This document shows, piece by piece, positions 1 to 8,613 of a stretch of 64,000 nt of DNA. Position numbers and translations under genes: made by a program. This DNA comes from an uncultured Candidatus Entotheonella sp. (GTDB taxonomy: Bacteria > Tectomicrobia > Entotheonellia > Entotheonellales > Entotheonellaceae), in contig CBDCDA010000002.1 of NCBI GenBank assembly GCA_965215335.1, forward strand, positions 128,001-192,000. The letters run 5' to 3'. The notes beneath the pieces are model-generated. The model worked only from the letters and a program-made list of their open reading frames with translations. It made no database searches and was not told the origin of the DNA. Each line of letters begins with the position of its first letter. The first letter of the stretch is position 1.

Positions 1-1255
1 GCCTGCGGGCCAGTTGCTGGGTGGCGTACGAGGCCAGCAGGCGGCCCTGCATGGCGTCTGTCAAGCTGTTGCGGAAGGCGTAGGGGCTGAGTTGCGGAAA
101 TTGGCTGTCGCGTGCGAATGGCGAGATGATCGGCACGCCCAGCTTGTCGGCGAGGGGCGCCAGTTCCTCGGCGGTTTGGCTGAGCAGTGGGCCAATGACG
201 CCAATGACGTGGGCTTCTTCGGCCAAGGCCCGCAGCGCGCTGCGGGCCGTCTCGGTGGTGGCGCCGGTGTCGCGAATGACCAGTGACAGGTCGAGATCGG
301 CATGGCGTTGTTGCATCATGTCGAGGGCAAGTTGCACGCCCTGCAAGGCCGCCCTGCCGATCTGGCCGGTGGGGCCGGACAGCGGCAGCAAAACGCCGAG
401 CTTGGTGGGGTCGGTGTCAAGTGCGGCTCCGAGCGTTTGCAAGCGTTCCAGTGTTGCGTCGGTGTCAGGATGATCCGGGAAGGCGTCGGCCAGGCCGCGC
501 AGGGCGTCGTTTTCGGCTTGCACGTTGCCGGCGGCGCGGTGCCTCTGCGCCAGTTCGGCCATAAGCAGGTCGCCGGGATAGGCGATGGAAAAGCGATTCG
601 CCAAGAGCTCGATCTGCAGATTGTTAAGGTGGTCATGGACAATCTCGCCAAGCAGGTTGTGGGCTTTGTCGGCCAGCTCGGGGTCGTCGGCAGCCGCGGC
701 CATGGCCAGCTCGACGACGGCTTCCCTTGGCGTCCCCAGGGCAAGCGACGCGGCGCCGAGGTGGTAGTGGGCGCGCGCCTGCTGCTCCAGGGTAGGCGAG
801 GCGTCGAGGGCGCCCTGCAGGGCCACCCAACTGCCGGTGTGGTCGTGCTGATCGTATCGCAACTGGCCCAGGCTCAGATACGCCTCTGCCCGCAGCTCGG
901 AGTCCGGGAAGTTGCGAACCAGGTCCGTGTAGGCCGCGACCGCGTCATCCGGACGGCCCAATTCGGCGGCCAATTGCCCGACGGCCAACCGCGCGTCGTC
1001 GCCGAGTGGGCTGGCGGGGAACCGCTCAATGAAGTCGGCGAACGCCTGCAACGCTTCGTCGTTGCGCGCGTTCCGGCGCAAAACCTCGGCGGTTCCGAAT
1101 ACCTCTTCAGCGCCGGGCTCGATGCCGGCCTGCGGCAACTCGAGTTCGGGTGTTGGCGATGGCGGCGTTGAACACCCGACGAGGAACAGCAGCGTCAGCA
1201 CCAAGCAGACGACGCCCCTCGCTAGCGTGAACCGGGTGGAATGGGGGGCTTTCAT
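1..1255 (-). CDS. Lipoprotein with TPR-like repeats plus type I periplasmic-binding domain (LpoA/LppC-like), 3' end runs off the window
   Basis: Not in the ORF track because it is open at the edge. My translation from ATG 1255: MKAPHSTRF...LLFLVGC (lipobox), TPR-like helices (AFADFIERFPAS; AYTDLVRNFPDS), then KLGVLLPLSG...GVIGPLLS typical of type I PBP domains. Confidence 0.7.
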   Translation of the reverse strand, partial: MKAPHSTRFTLARGVVCLVLTLLFLVGCSTPPSPTPELELPQAGIEPGAEEVFGTAEVLRRNARNDEALQAFADFIERFPASPLGDDARLAVGQLAAELGRPDDAVAAYTDLVRNFPDSELRAEAYLSLGQLRYDQHDHTGSWVALQGALDASPTLEQQARAHYHLGAASLALGTPREAVVELAMAAAADDPELADKAHNLLGEIVHDHLNNLQIELLANRFSIAYPGDLLMAELAQRHRAAGNVQAENDALRGLADAFPDHPDTDATLERLQTLGAALDTDPTKLGVLLPLSGPTGQIGRAALQGVQLALDMMQQRHADLDLSLVIRDTGATTETARSALRALAEEAHVIGVIGPLLSQTAEELAPLADKLGVPIISPFARDSQFPQLSPYAFRNSLTDAMQGRLLASYATQQLARR

Positions 1256-1325
1256 TGCACGACTCCGGGGATAGGGAAGGCCGGAAGGCGGCGATGGTGT
1301 GCCGGGCGGGCGAACCCGCGGGAGC

Positions 1326-1556
1326 CTACTCGATCACTTCGAGGATCTGGCGTTTTTCTTTCTGGGCTCTGGTGGCATTCAGGATGGTTCGCATGGCGGT
1401 GATGGTGCGGCCTTGCTTGCCGATGACTTTGCCAATGTCGTCGCGGGCGACACGCAGTTCAAGGACCACCGCGTACTCGCCCTCGATGGCTCTGACCTGG
1501 ACTTCTTCGGGTTTCTCAACAATGGTCTTGGCGATCTGTTCGATAAGCTCCTTCAT
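1326..1556 (-). CDS. khpA: KH-domain RNA-binding protein (KhpA/YlqC family)
   Basis: MKELIEQIAKTIVEKPEEV...DIGKVIGKQGRTITAMRTIL, GxxG motif, 76 aa; GAGG SD upstream of ATG 1556. Confidence 0.9.
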   Translation of the reverse strand: MKELIEQIAKTIVEKPEEVQVRAIEGEYAVVLELRVARDDIGKVIGKQGRTITAMRTILNATRAQKEKRQILEVIE

Positions 1557-1693
1557 CGGTTTCCCCTCAACGAAGGTTCCACTGCCGGGCATCTGACGGA
1601 GGGCGCCGGCGGGGTGACCTGGCCGGGTCATTGCGCGGCGCTTGCCGAAAGCGAGGAAGTGCTGGGCCGGTCCGGCACGCCAAAAAGTGCGTC

Positions 1694-1722
1694 ATGGTAG
1701 TGTCAAACGCTACGTTGCGCAA
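1694..1722 (-). promoter_or_regulatory. Putative sigma70 promoter for khpA
   Basis: Minus strand TTGCGC-N17-TACCAT. Confidence 0.3.
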
Positions 1723-1748
1723 GGACAGGCGGGCCTACAAAGGCAGTG

Positions 1749-3167
1749 TCAGGGGTGCTCTGCGTCGGCTGCGGGCGGCTCTGCGAGCCTCTTGTAATCG
1801 TCTTGGTAGCGGGTGATGTCGTCCTCGCCGAAATAGCTGCCGAGCTGGACTTCGACGAACTGCAGGTCGCTGTCGTGGGGGTTGATCACGCGGTGTCTGC
1901 AACCTTTGGCGATGAAGATATGGTCGCCGGTATTGACGTCGCGGGTGACGCCGTCGAGGACGACCTGCCCGGCGCCGTGCACGACGATCCAGTGCTCCTC
2001 GCGGTGCTCGTGCGATTGGTAGGACAGGCGAGCATGCGGCTGCACAGTGATGACCTTGGCCTTGAAGTGATCCGGCGCTGCCAGCACCTCATAGCGGCCC
2101 CACGGGCGCACGTCGAAGAGGTGTTCGTGCTGCGTGGCGGCGGGCAGGCCCTGCTGCCTGACGGCCTCCACGATCTCCCGCACCCGGTGGCTCTGGCCCT
2201 TGCGGGTCACCAACAGGGCGTCACCGGTATCGATGATGATGAGGTCGTCCACACCCGCCAAGCCGTATACCTTCCCACCTTGCGGATACACGTAGTTGTT
2301 ATCGGCGGCAGCCGTGAACACATGCACGCCGGGGTCGCCGCCGTCCGACAGGGCGTTCACCTCTTCCCAGGAGCCTACGTCGCTCCAGCCGACGGCACAG
2401 GGAATGCACAGCAGGGAGTTCAGGCGCTCCAGGATGCCGCGGTCGAAGCTGAGTGGTTCGATCTGCTCGTAAATGGCCGCGAGGTTCGAGCAGGCGGCGT
2501 CGATGGTTCCGATGTGCCGCCACAGGTCGGGCAGAAACGATTGGAAGTGTCCGACCATCGTGTCGACGCGGAACACGAAAATACCGGCGTTCCACAGACA
2601 GTTGCCGGCAGCGAGCAAGCGGCGCGCCGTGGCCTCGTCCGGCTTTTCGACAAACCGTCTGGCGGTCAGTGCACGAGGCACTTCCTGGACCGGCGCACTG
2701 CCTGCCGCCTCGATGTACCCATACGCGACAGCCGGGCGCGTTGGGGTCATGCCGAGGGTGACCACCCCGCCCTTGGCGGCGTGCTCAGCGCCCAGTTCGA
2801 CCGCCTGACGCAGACCCTCGCCGTCCTGAACCAGATGGTCCGCCGGAAAGATGCCCACCACCTCGCCGCCCTTGCCTGACAGGGTGAACAGGCGGCACAG
2901 CAGCGCGATAGCCGGCGCCGTGTTGCGGCCGAACGGCTCGTAGATCACCTGTGCGTCCGGCAGGCCAATTTGCCTGCACACCTCGTGCGTGCGCGCCTGC
3001 AGCGCCTGCACGGTCACCGTCCACGGGCTGCCTAGGGGCAGCAGCCGTTTCAGCGTTTTCAGGTACAGGGACTCAGCGAACAGGTCACAGAACGGCTTCG
3101 GCCACGACGCCCGCGATAGCGGCCACAATCGCGTCCCGCTTCCCCCCGCCAGCACAACAGGTATCAT
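1749..3167 (-). CDS. manC: Mannose-1-phosphate guanylyltransferase / mannose-6-phosphate isomerase
   Basis: PVVLAGGSGTRLWPLSR, EPFGRNTAPA, FVEKPD, WSDVGSW, C-terminal cupin RPWG...SYQSHEHREEHW...EVQLGSYFGEDDI. Confidence 0.95.
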   Translation of the reverse strand: MIPVVLAGGSGTRLWPLSRASWPKPFCDLFAESLYLKTLKRLLPLGSPWTVTVQALQARTHEVCRQIGLPDAQVIYEPFGRNTAPAIALLCRLFTLSGKGGEVVGIFPADHLVQDGEGLRQAVELGAEHAAKGGVVTLGMTPTRPAVAYGYIEAAGSAPVQEVPRALTARRFVEKPDEATARRLLAAGNCLWNAGIFVFRVDTMVGHFQSFLPDLWRHIGTIDAACSNLAAIYEQIEPLSFDRGILERLNSLLCIPCAVGWSDVGSWEEVNALSDGGDPGVHVFTAAADNNYVYPQGGKVYGLAGVDDLIIIDTGDALLVTRKGQSHRVREIVEAVRQQGLPAATQHEHLFDVRPWGRYEVLAAPDHFKAKVITVQPHARLSYQSHEHREEHWIVVHGAGQVVLDGVTRDVNTGDHIFIAKGCRHRVINPHDSDLQFVEVQLGSYFGEDDITRYQDDYKRLAEPPAADAEHP

Positions 3168-3198
3168 CTCTCGTCTCCCTTGCCAATTCCCCGCAGGC

Positions 3199-3277
3199 TA
3201 GGCTCAGGACCTATAAAAGGGTATCATTATCTGCCTTGCTGTCACGGTCATCCTCTGATTATGAGTCCTGAGATTAG
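3199..3277. mobile_element. MITE-like element / vestige with IS5 (IS427-group)-like ends
   Basis: Left TAGGCTCAGGACCTATAA vs reverse complement of right end TAATCTCAGGACTCATAA (14/18 identical); TAG at both flanks; AT-rich non-coding interior. Confidence 0.55.
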
Positions 3278-3326
3278 GAGGCACCCATTACGGGAACTTC
3301 CGCCGTCAGCCACCACGCCTTGAGCT

Positions 3327-3356
3327 ATAGGTCGGATTAGCGGAGCGTAATCCGAC
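3327..3356. repeat. REP-like palindrome
   Basis: ATAG-GTCGGATTA-gcggagcg-TAATCCGAC: perfect 9-bp stem preceded by a GTAG-like tetramer. Confidence 0.55.
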
Positions 3357-3456
3357 GTTCCACGTGGGAAGCGCCGCGGTGCCCGGATACGTGGTTCATC
3401 TCGGCGATATGCGGTTGCCCTTGGGCCCCGGCGTCACCGCGCTGCCTCTCTCCGGG

Positions 3457-3852
3457 CTATAGGCTCAGTCCGTCGAGCAGCCATTGCGGGAACCGCACCG
3501 GCCGTTGCCGGTCGTTTACACACAGGTGGGTGGTGGTGCCGGCGGCCAGGCGTTGCTCCTGACGGGTGACGTCGTAGGCATAGCACAGTTGGCGGGATTT
3601 CAGTTCCTGTACGCGGGTATGAACGACGATCTCCTCATCGTAATGCGCGGAAGCCGTCAGGCGGCACTGGAATTCCGTGACCGGGAAGTAGTAACCGCGG
3701 CTTTCCATCTCGGTGTACGGCAGGCCGACCGCCCGCATGTATTCCGAGCGGCCGCATTCAAACCACACCAGGTAATTGGCGTAATAGACGATGCCCATCT
3801 GATCGGTCTCGGCATACCGGGGGCGCAGCTGCAGGCTGACGATTCGCGACAT
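3457..3852 (-). CDS. Acyl-CoA thioesterase (YbgC/4HBT hot-dog family)
   Basis: RYAETDQMGIVYYANYLVWFECGR motif, 131 aa. Confidence 0.9.
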   Translation of the reverse strand: MSRIVSLQLRPRYAETDQMGIVYYANYLVWFECGRSEYMRAVGLPYTEMESRGYYFPVTEFQCRLTASAHYDEEIVVHTRVQELKSRQLCYAYDVTRQEQRLAAGTTTHLCVNDRQRPVRFPQWLLDGLSL

Positions 3853-3888
3853 GGGTTCGCTTTCCGCATCGCAGGTAACAGGGGTGCG

Positions 3889-5031
3889 TTATGGGTCGTA
3901 GGCGATGCGGTAGATGACGCCGGCACGGTCGTCCGACACCAGTAGGGCGCCGTCGGGCATGACCAGGACGTCCACGGGCCGCCCCCACGCCTGCTCGCCG
4001 CGCAGCCAGCCGTCCACGAACACCTCGTACGCCTCAGCCTGGTCGCCCGCCAGCTTTACCCGCATGACCCGGTAGCCGATCGGCGTGCTGCGGTTCCAGG
4101 AACCGTGCTGCGCCACGAAAATCTGGTGCCGGTACGCCTCGGGAAACATGCTGCCCGTGTAGAACCGCATCCCCAGCCCGGCAACGTGCGGGCCGAGCTT
4201 GACCACCGGCGGTTCGAAATCCGAGCACGGCCGCACGCTGCCGTATCTCGGGTCGGGAATTGTGCCCTCGTGGCAGTATGGAAAGCCGAAGTGCAGCCCG
4301 GCGCGCGGGGCGTGATTGAGCTCGTCCGAGGGGCGATCATCGCCCAGCATGTCGCGGCCGTTGTCGGTGAACCAGAGCTCGTGGGTCTCCGGGTGCCAGT
4401 CGAACCCCACCGAGTTGCGCACCCCATAGGCAAACGGCTCCAGCCGGGTTCCGTCTAGTCGCATGCGGAGGATGGCGGCGTAGCGCGGGTCGTCGCTGCG
4501 CTCGCATACGTTGCAGGGCGCGCCGACCGGTACGTACAGCAGGCCATCGGGGCCGAAGGCGATGAACTTCCAGCCGTGATGGCGGTCGTTGGGCAGGGTG
4601 TCGATGACCACCGAGGGCAGCGGCGGGCGGTCCAGTCTGGCCTCGATGTCGTCGTAGCGGAGGATGCGGCTCACTTCGGCCACGTACAGCGAGCCGTCGC
4701 GGAAGGCAACGCCGGCGGGCAGGTTCAAGCCGCGGGCAATGGGGATGACGGTCTCCGCCTTGTGGTCGCCGTCGCGGTCCGCGACGGCGTAGACCCGGCC
4801 CGCGAGGCGGCTGCCGACGAACACGACGCCGCTGGGGCTCAGGGCCATGGCGCGGGCGTTCGGGACGTCGGCGGCGTAGAGGCTGATGGAAAATCCGGGC
4901 GGCAGGTTGAGGGTATGCAGAGGCAGTTGCCTGGCCTCGACCGCCGCCGCGCTTACGGCCACGCAGAGAGCGACAAGCACGCCGAAGTGGACGCCAAGGC
5001 CGGGATGTGTTTTCCGTTGCAAGGCTGGCAT
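3889..5031 (-). CDS. Secreted PQQ-dependent sugar dehydrogenase (sorbosone/glucose dehydrogenase beta-propeller)
   Basis: Signal peptide; HHGWKFIAFGPDG, GAPCNVC, GVRNSVGFDW, HGSWNR, GRPVDV...DGALLVSDD. Confidence 0.85.
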   Translation of the reverse strand: MPALQRKTHPGLGVHFGVLVALCVAVSAAAVEARQLPLHTLNLPPGFSISLYAADVPNARAMALSPSGVVFVGSRLAGRVYAVADRDGDHKAETVIPIARGLNLPAGVAFRDGSLYVAEVSRILRYDDIEARLDRPPLPSVVIDTLPNDRHHGWKFIAFGPDGLLYVPVGAPCNVCERSDDPRYAAILRMRLDGTRLEPFAYGVRNSVGFDWHPETHELWFTDNGRDMLGDDRPSDELNHAPRAGLHFGFPYCHEGTIPDPRYGSVRPCSDFEPPVVKLGPHVAGLGMRFYTGSMFPEAYRHQIFVAQHGSWNRSTPIGYRVMRVKLAGDQAEAYEVFVDGWLRGEQAWGRPVDVLVMPDGALLVSDDRAGVIYRIAYDP

Positions 5032-5133
5032 GGAACCTCCACAGCGCCGCGGCGCCGATCGTCAGGGTTGCGTCGTCAAGGGCTGTAGTCTGTTGCAGCC
5101 CATGTTAGCGCATTCGGTCCACCGCCCGCAAAC

Positions 5134-6729
5134 TCACGCCGCGCCTGCCTGGCTCCGGGGTCGGCTGGCCAGCCGCCGCATGGCGATCCACGCCATGGGC
5201 AGGCAGGCCACGAGGAACGCCACGCCGATCATCAGAAAGCTGTCGCGGAAGCCGGCGGCAACGGCCTCCAGATCCATCTGCTGCTTGATCGTCTTCAAGG
5301 CCCCCCAGTCCGCGCTGCCGTCCATGATGCCGGCTTGATTCAGGTAGCGCTTCACATCGTCCAGGGCCGTCGCATGGGCAGGCGCCATGGCGTCGTATTC
5401 GTGGTAGCGCACCAATTGGTGCGCGTCGCGGCGGCGCTCGAAGAACACGCTGGTCACAGTGACGCCGAGGCTGGCGCCGACGTTGCGCATGACGCCCATC
5501 AGGCCTTGGCCCATGCGCACGTCCTCGGGCGGCAGCATCTGAACGTTGAGCGCCGTCAGCGAGGTGATGGTGGAAAACATGCAGGTGCGATACAGAATGA
5601 TGTAGCCGACCAGCACCCCGGCGGTCGTCAGGGTGGTGACCGTGGTGAAGCTCATGAACACGCCGGTGAGCACGATGAAGCCGATCAGGGCCATGAGGGC
5701 CGGCGACATCAGGTCGTTGAGGCGACCGCTGACCACGCCACTCAGCCCCGACACGATCAGGGCCGGCATGATGATCAGGCCGGCCTGCAAGGGCGTGAAA
5801 CCCATCACCTGCTGCAGAAAGATCGGCACCATGAACTGGGCGCCGAACAGGCCGATCATGTTGAAGAACGCGGCGATGCAGACGTTGCGAAGCCCTGATC
5901 GGCGAAACAGCCGCAGGTTCACGGCGGGGAAGCGGGCCAACAGTTCCCAGAGGATGAACAGGCCGCCGCCGGAGGCGGCGCCGATGCCCAGGAACACGAT
6001 GGTTGACACGGCGGTGTTGCGGTCCCGTGCCAGGCTGATCGCCAACAGCAACGGCACCAGAAAGCCGCCCAGGAAGATGAGGCCCGGGTAGTCGACCGGC
6101 TCGCGGCGCGCATCGCGTTGTTGCGGCAGCATCAGCCACCCCAGCAGCACCGACAGGACGCCGGTGGGCAGGCCCATGAAGAAGATCAGGCGCCACGAGA
6201 CGTGCTCCAGGAAGTAGCCGCCCAGGGTGAACGAAATGATGTGTCCGGCCGACCAGCCGACGGTGCGCAGCCCCAGCGCCAACCCCCGCTGCCGGGGCGG
6301 AAAGGCCTGCACCAGGATGACCGCCGTCAAGCCCTCCATCGGCCCCAGCGCGATGCCCTGCAGCAACCGGAAGAACACTAGCATGGACAGGTTGGTGGCC
6401 ACGCCGCAGCCGATCGACGAAACGACGAAGCCCGCCATGATGGCCACGAACAGGTTGCGGTTCCCCATGACCGCGCCGAGCCAGCCCAGAATCGGGATCA
6501 TCAGCGTGCGGGTGATGAGAAAGCCGGTGGTGACCCATTGCGTGGTCGCCAGGTCCGTGCCGAACGCCGCCATCAACCTGGGAATGGCCAGGTTCACGCT
6601 GTTGCCGGCGAACGTCTGGGTTCCCCCCGCCACCAGGACGATGGCGGCCACCAGCCACTTGTAGCCCGGCGACTCGATATCCAGCGCCAATACGGTGGAG
6701 GGACGCGCCCCTTCTGCGGCTCCTGCCAT
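5134..6729 (-). CDS. DHA2 family MFS efflux permease (EmrB/QacA-like)
   Basis: About 14 hydrophobic segments; QWVTTGFL, LVFFRLLQG, SWRLIFF, DYPG motifs. Confidence 0.88.
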   Translation of the reverse strand: MAGAAEGARPSTVLALDIESPGYKWLVAAIVLVAGGTQTFAGNSVNLAIPRLMAAFGTDLATTQWVTTGFLITRTLMIPILGWLGAVMGNRNLFVAIMAGFVVSSIGCGVATNLSMLVFFRLLQGIALGPMEGLTAVILVQAFPPRQRGLALGLRTVGWSAGHIISFTLGGYFLEHVSWRLIFFMGLPTGVLSVLLGWLMLPQQRDARREPVDYPGLIFLGGFLVPLLLAISLARDRNTAVSTIVFLGIGAASGGGLFILWELLARFPAVNLRLFRRSGLRNVCIAAFFNMIGLFGAQFMVPIFLQQVMGFTPLQAGLIIMPALIVSGLSGVVSGRLNDLMSPALMALIGFIVLTGVFMSFTTVTTLTTAGVLVGYIILYRTCMFSTITSLTALNVQMLPPEDVRMGQGLMGVMRNVGASLGVTVTSVFFERRRDAHQLVRYHEYDAMAPAHATALDDVKRYLNQAGIMDGSADWGALKTIKQQMDLEAVAAGFRDSFLMIGVAFLVACLPMAWIAMRRLASRPRSQAGAA

Positions 6730-6923
6730 GTTCGTTTCTCTTTCCGGCCCGCTTCTGACGTCAGGACACGACGCAGTGTAACCGAATCAGCGAGCCGAGT
6801 GCCGGCCTCTGGCCCCCGGTTTATGCTATGGTAGTTCTATTGGCGTTGAGGATATTGACGAGTTGAAACCAGTCATGCAGGACGATGACGCCATCATATA
6901 CGGCCTACTGGGGAGAGCAAAGA

Positions 6924-8129
6924 ATGGCCACGACAAACCTCGATTATGCCGGTCTGTTCGCCAAAAACGCACCCGAAGGGACAGCGCCTTGGGGTGGATT
7001 TCCGATTTACAACTTCGTCGGCGGCCATAACAACCCCGAGACGATACCCGTTGAAGACTTCGTGGAATCCTCCGCCCGCGTATTGCGTCAGGAAGGCCGA
7101 AACCTGGCGACCTACAACATGGAAAGCGGGCCGCAAGGCTACACCGGGCTGCGCGGATTTCTCGTCGAAAAACTGGCCCACTACCGCGGCCTGCGGGCAC
7201 CCGACGAAAATATCCTGATCACCTCGGGATCCAATCAGGGCATCGAGCTCGTCAACGAGGTCCTGCTGGAACCCGGCGACACGGTCATTGCCGAGCGCTT
7301 CACGTATCAAGGCGTGGTGAGCCGGTGGCGCAAGCTGCAGGTGAACGTGGTTGGCGTTCCGTTGGACGAAGACGGCATGCGCATGGACGCCTTGGCCGCC
7401 ACGCTCGCCCATCTTCACAGCAATGGCGTCAGGCCCAAATTCATCTACACCATTCCCACCCTGCAAAACCCCACCGGCACGGTGCTCAGCCTGGAGCGAC
7501 GCCACGAGATGCTGCGCCTCAGCCGCGCATACGGGGTGCCTATCTTCGAGGACGAATGCTACGCCGACCTGATCTGGGAAGGCGAGTGGCCGCCGGCCAT
7601 CTGCGGTCTGGACGACAGCCACCACGTCCTGCACATCGGCTCCTTCTCCAAGTCCCTGTCGCCCGCCCTGCGCCTTGGCTACGTCATGGCGCCGTGGCAG
7701 GTGCTGAGCCGCATGCTGGCCTGCAAGACGGATGGCGGAACCGGCGCGCTGGGGCAGATGGTGGTGGCGGACTTCTTCCAGAACCATTACGAGGCGCACA
7801 TGGACAAGCTGCGGGCCAGCCTGAAGGTCCGCTTGCAGACGCTGACCGACGCCCTCGTCGAGCACTTCGGCACGTCCGTCGAATTCCAGGCGCCGCGCGG
7901 CGGCATGTTCTTGTGGGTCAAATTTCCGCCGCAAGTGGACACCCTGAAGCTGGCAGGTGCGGCGCTGGAGGCTGGCATTGCATACAATCCCGGACCTGAG
8001 TGGGCCGTGGATCCCGACGCGGCGCGCAACTGCCTGCGGCTGTGTTACGCGCTGCCGTCCGAGCAGCTCATCAGGGATGGGATTGCCAAGCTGGCGGAAG
8101 TCTTCCGGCGGGAGGCAGGCATCCCCTGA
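6924..8129 (+). CDS. PLP-dependent aminotransferase class I/II (LysN/MocR AAT-like, no HTH)
   Basis: ITSGSNQG, IPTLQNPTG, EDECY, SFSKSLSPALRLG (PLP lysine); GGAG SD before ATG 6924. Confidence 0.88.
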   Translation: MATTNLDYAGLFAKNAPEGTAPWGGFPIYNFVGGHNNPETIPVEDFVESSARVLRQEGRNLATYNMESGPQGYTGLRGFLVEKLAHYRGLRAPDENILITSGSNQGIELVNEVLLEPGDTVIAERFTYQGVVSRWRKLQVNVVGVPLDEDGMRMDALAATLAHLHSNGVRPKFIYTIPTLQNPTGTVLSLERRHEMLRLSRAYGVPIFEDECYADLIWEGEWPPAICGLDDSHHVLHIGSFSKSLSPALRLGYVMAPWQVLSRMLACKTDGGTGALGQMVVADFFQNHYEAHMDKLRASLKVRLQTLTDALVEHFGTSVEFQAPRGGMFLWVKFPPQVDTLKLAGAALEAGIAYNPGPEWAVDPDAARNCLRLCYALPSEQLIRDGIAKLAEVFRREAGIP

Positions 8130-8150
8130 CGGCGCCGTCGGCCGGCGCCG
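8130..8150. terminator. GC hairpin between convergent genes
   Basis: CGGCGCCG-tcggc-CGGCGCCG; no U-tract. Confidence 0.3.
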
Positions 8151-8163
8151 CGGGCCGCCGAGG

Positions 8164-8571
8164 CTAGTCGTAGATCATCCATTCCAGCAGGTTGTCATCC
8201 GGGTCGCGGGCGTACAGGCTCAACGACGGCGCTTTACCGCGATCACGCCCACCCGATCGCGGCACCGGGCCTTCGATGATCGTGACGCCCGCTTCTTCCA
8301 GCAAGCGTTGGCAATCGGTCACGCTGCCTTCCCACACGAAGCAAATGTCCGTGCAGCCGGGCACCGCCGTCGGGCCGCGTAGTCCGGCCGTAAACCCTTC
8401 AGGGTGCACGTTGATTTTCGACGCTCCCACCTGGATCGAGAAAATCGGCATCGTGCCGGCCCGCCATTCCGCCTCGTTATTGATAGGAAAGCCAAGGCGC
8501 TTGTAAAACGCCAGCAGTGCCTCGGCGTTTGCCGTCGGCATGGCGATGTGATCGATTCCAACGGTTGCCAT
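8164..8571 (-). CDS. VOC/glyoxalase family protein
   Basis: GIDHIAM...FYKRLG...SLYARDPDDNLLE. Confidence 0.88.
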   Translation of the reverse strand: MATVGIDHIAMPTANAEALLAFYKRLGFPINNEAEWRAGTMPIFSIQVGASKINVHPEGFTAGLRGPTAVPGCTDICFVWEGSVTDCQRLLEEAGVTIIEGPVPRSGGRDRGKAPSLSLYARDPDDNLLEWMIYD

Positions 8572-8613
8572 TGCGTCCTCCCCTTTGCTGCATCGCCTGG
8601 CCGATTGCAGGTG

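Noticed and set aside
302..1171. 289-aa plus-strand ORF
   Set aside because: Antisense to the real edge-truncated lipoprotein gene on the minus strand.
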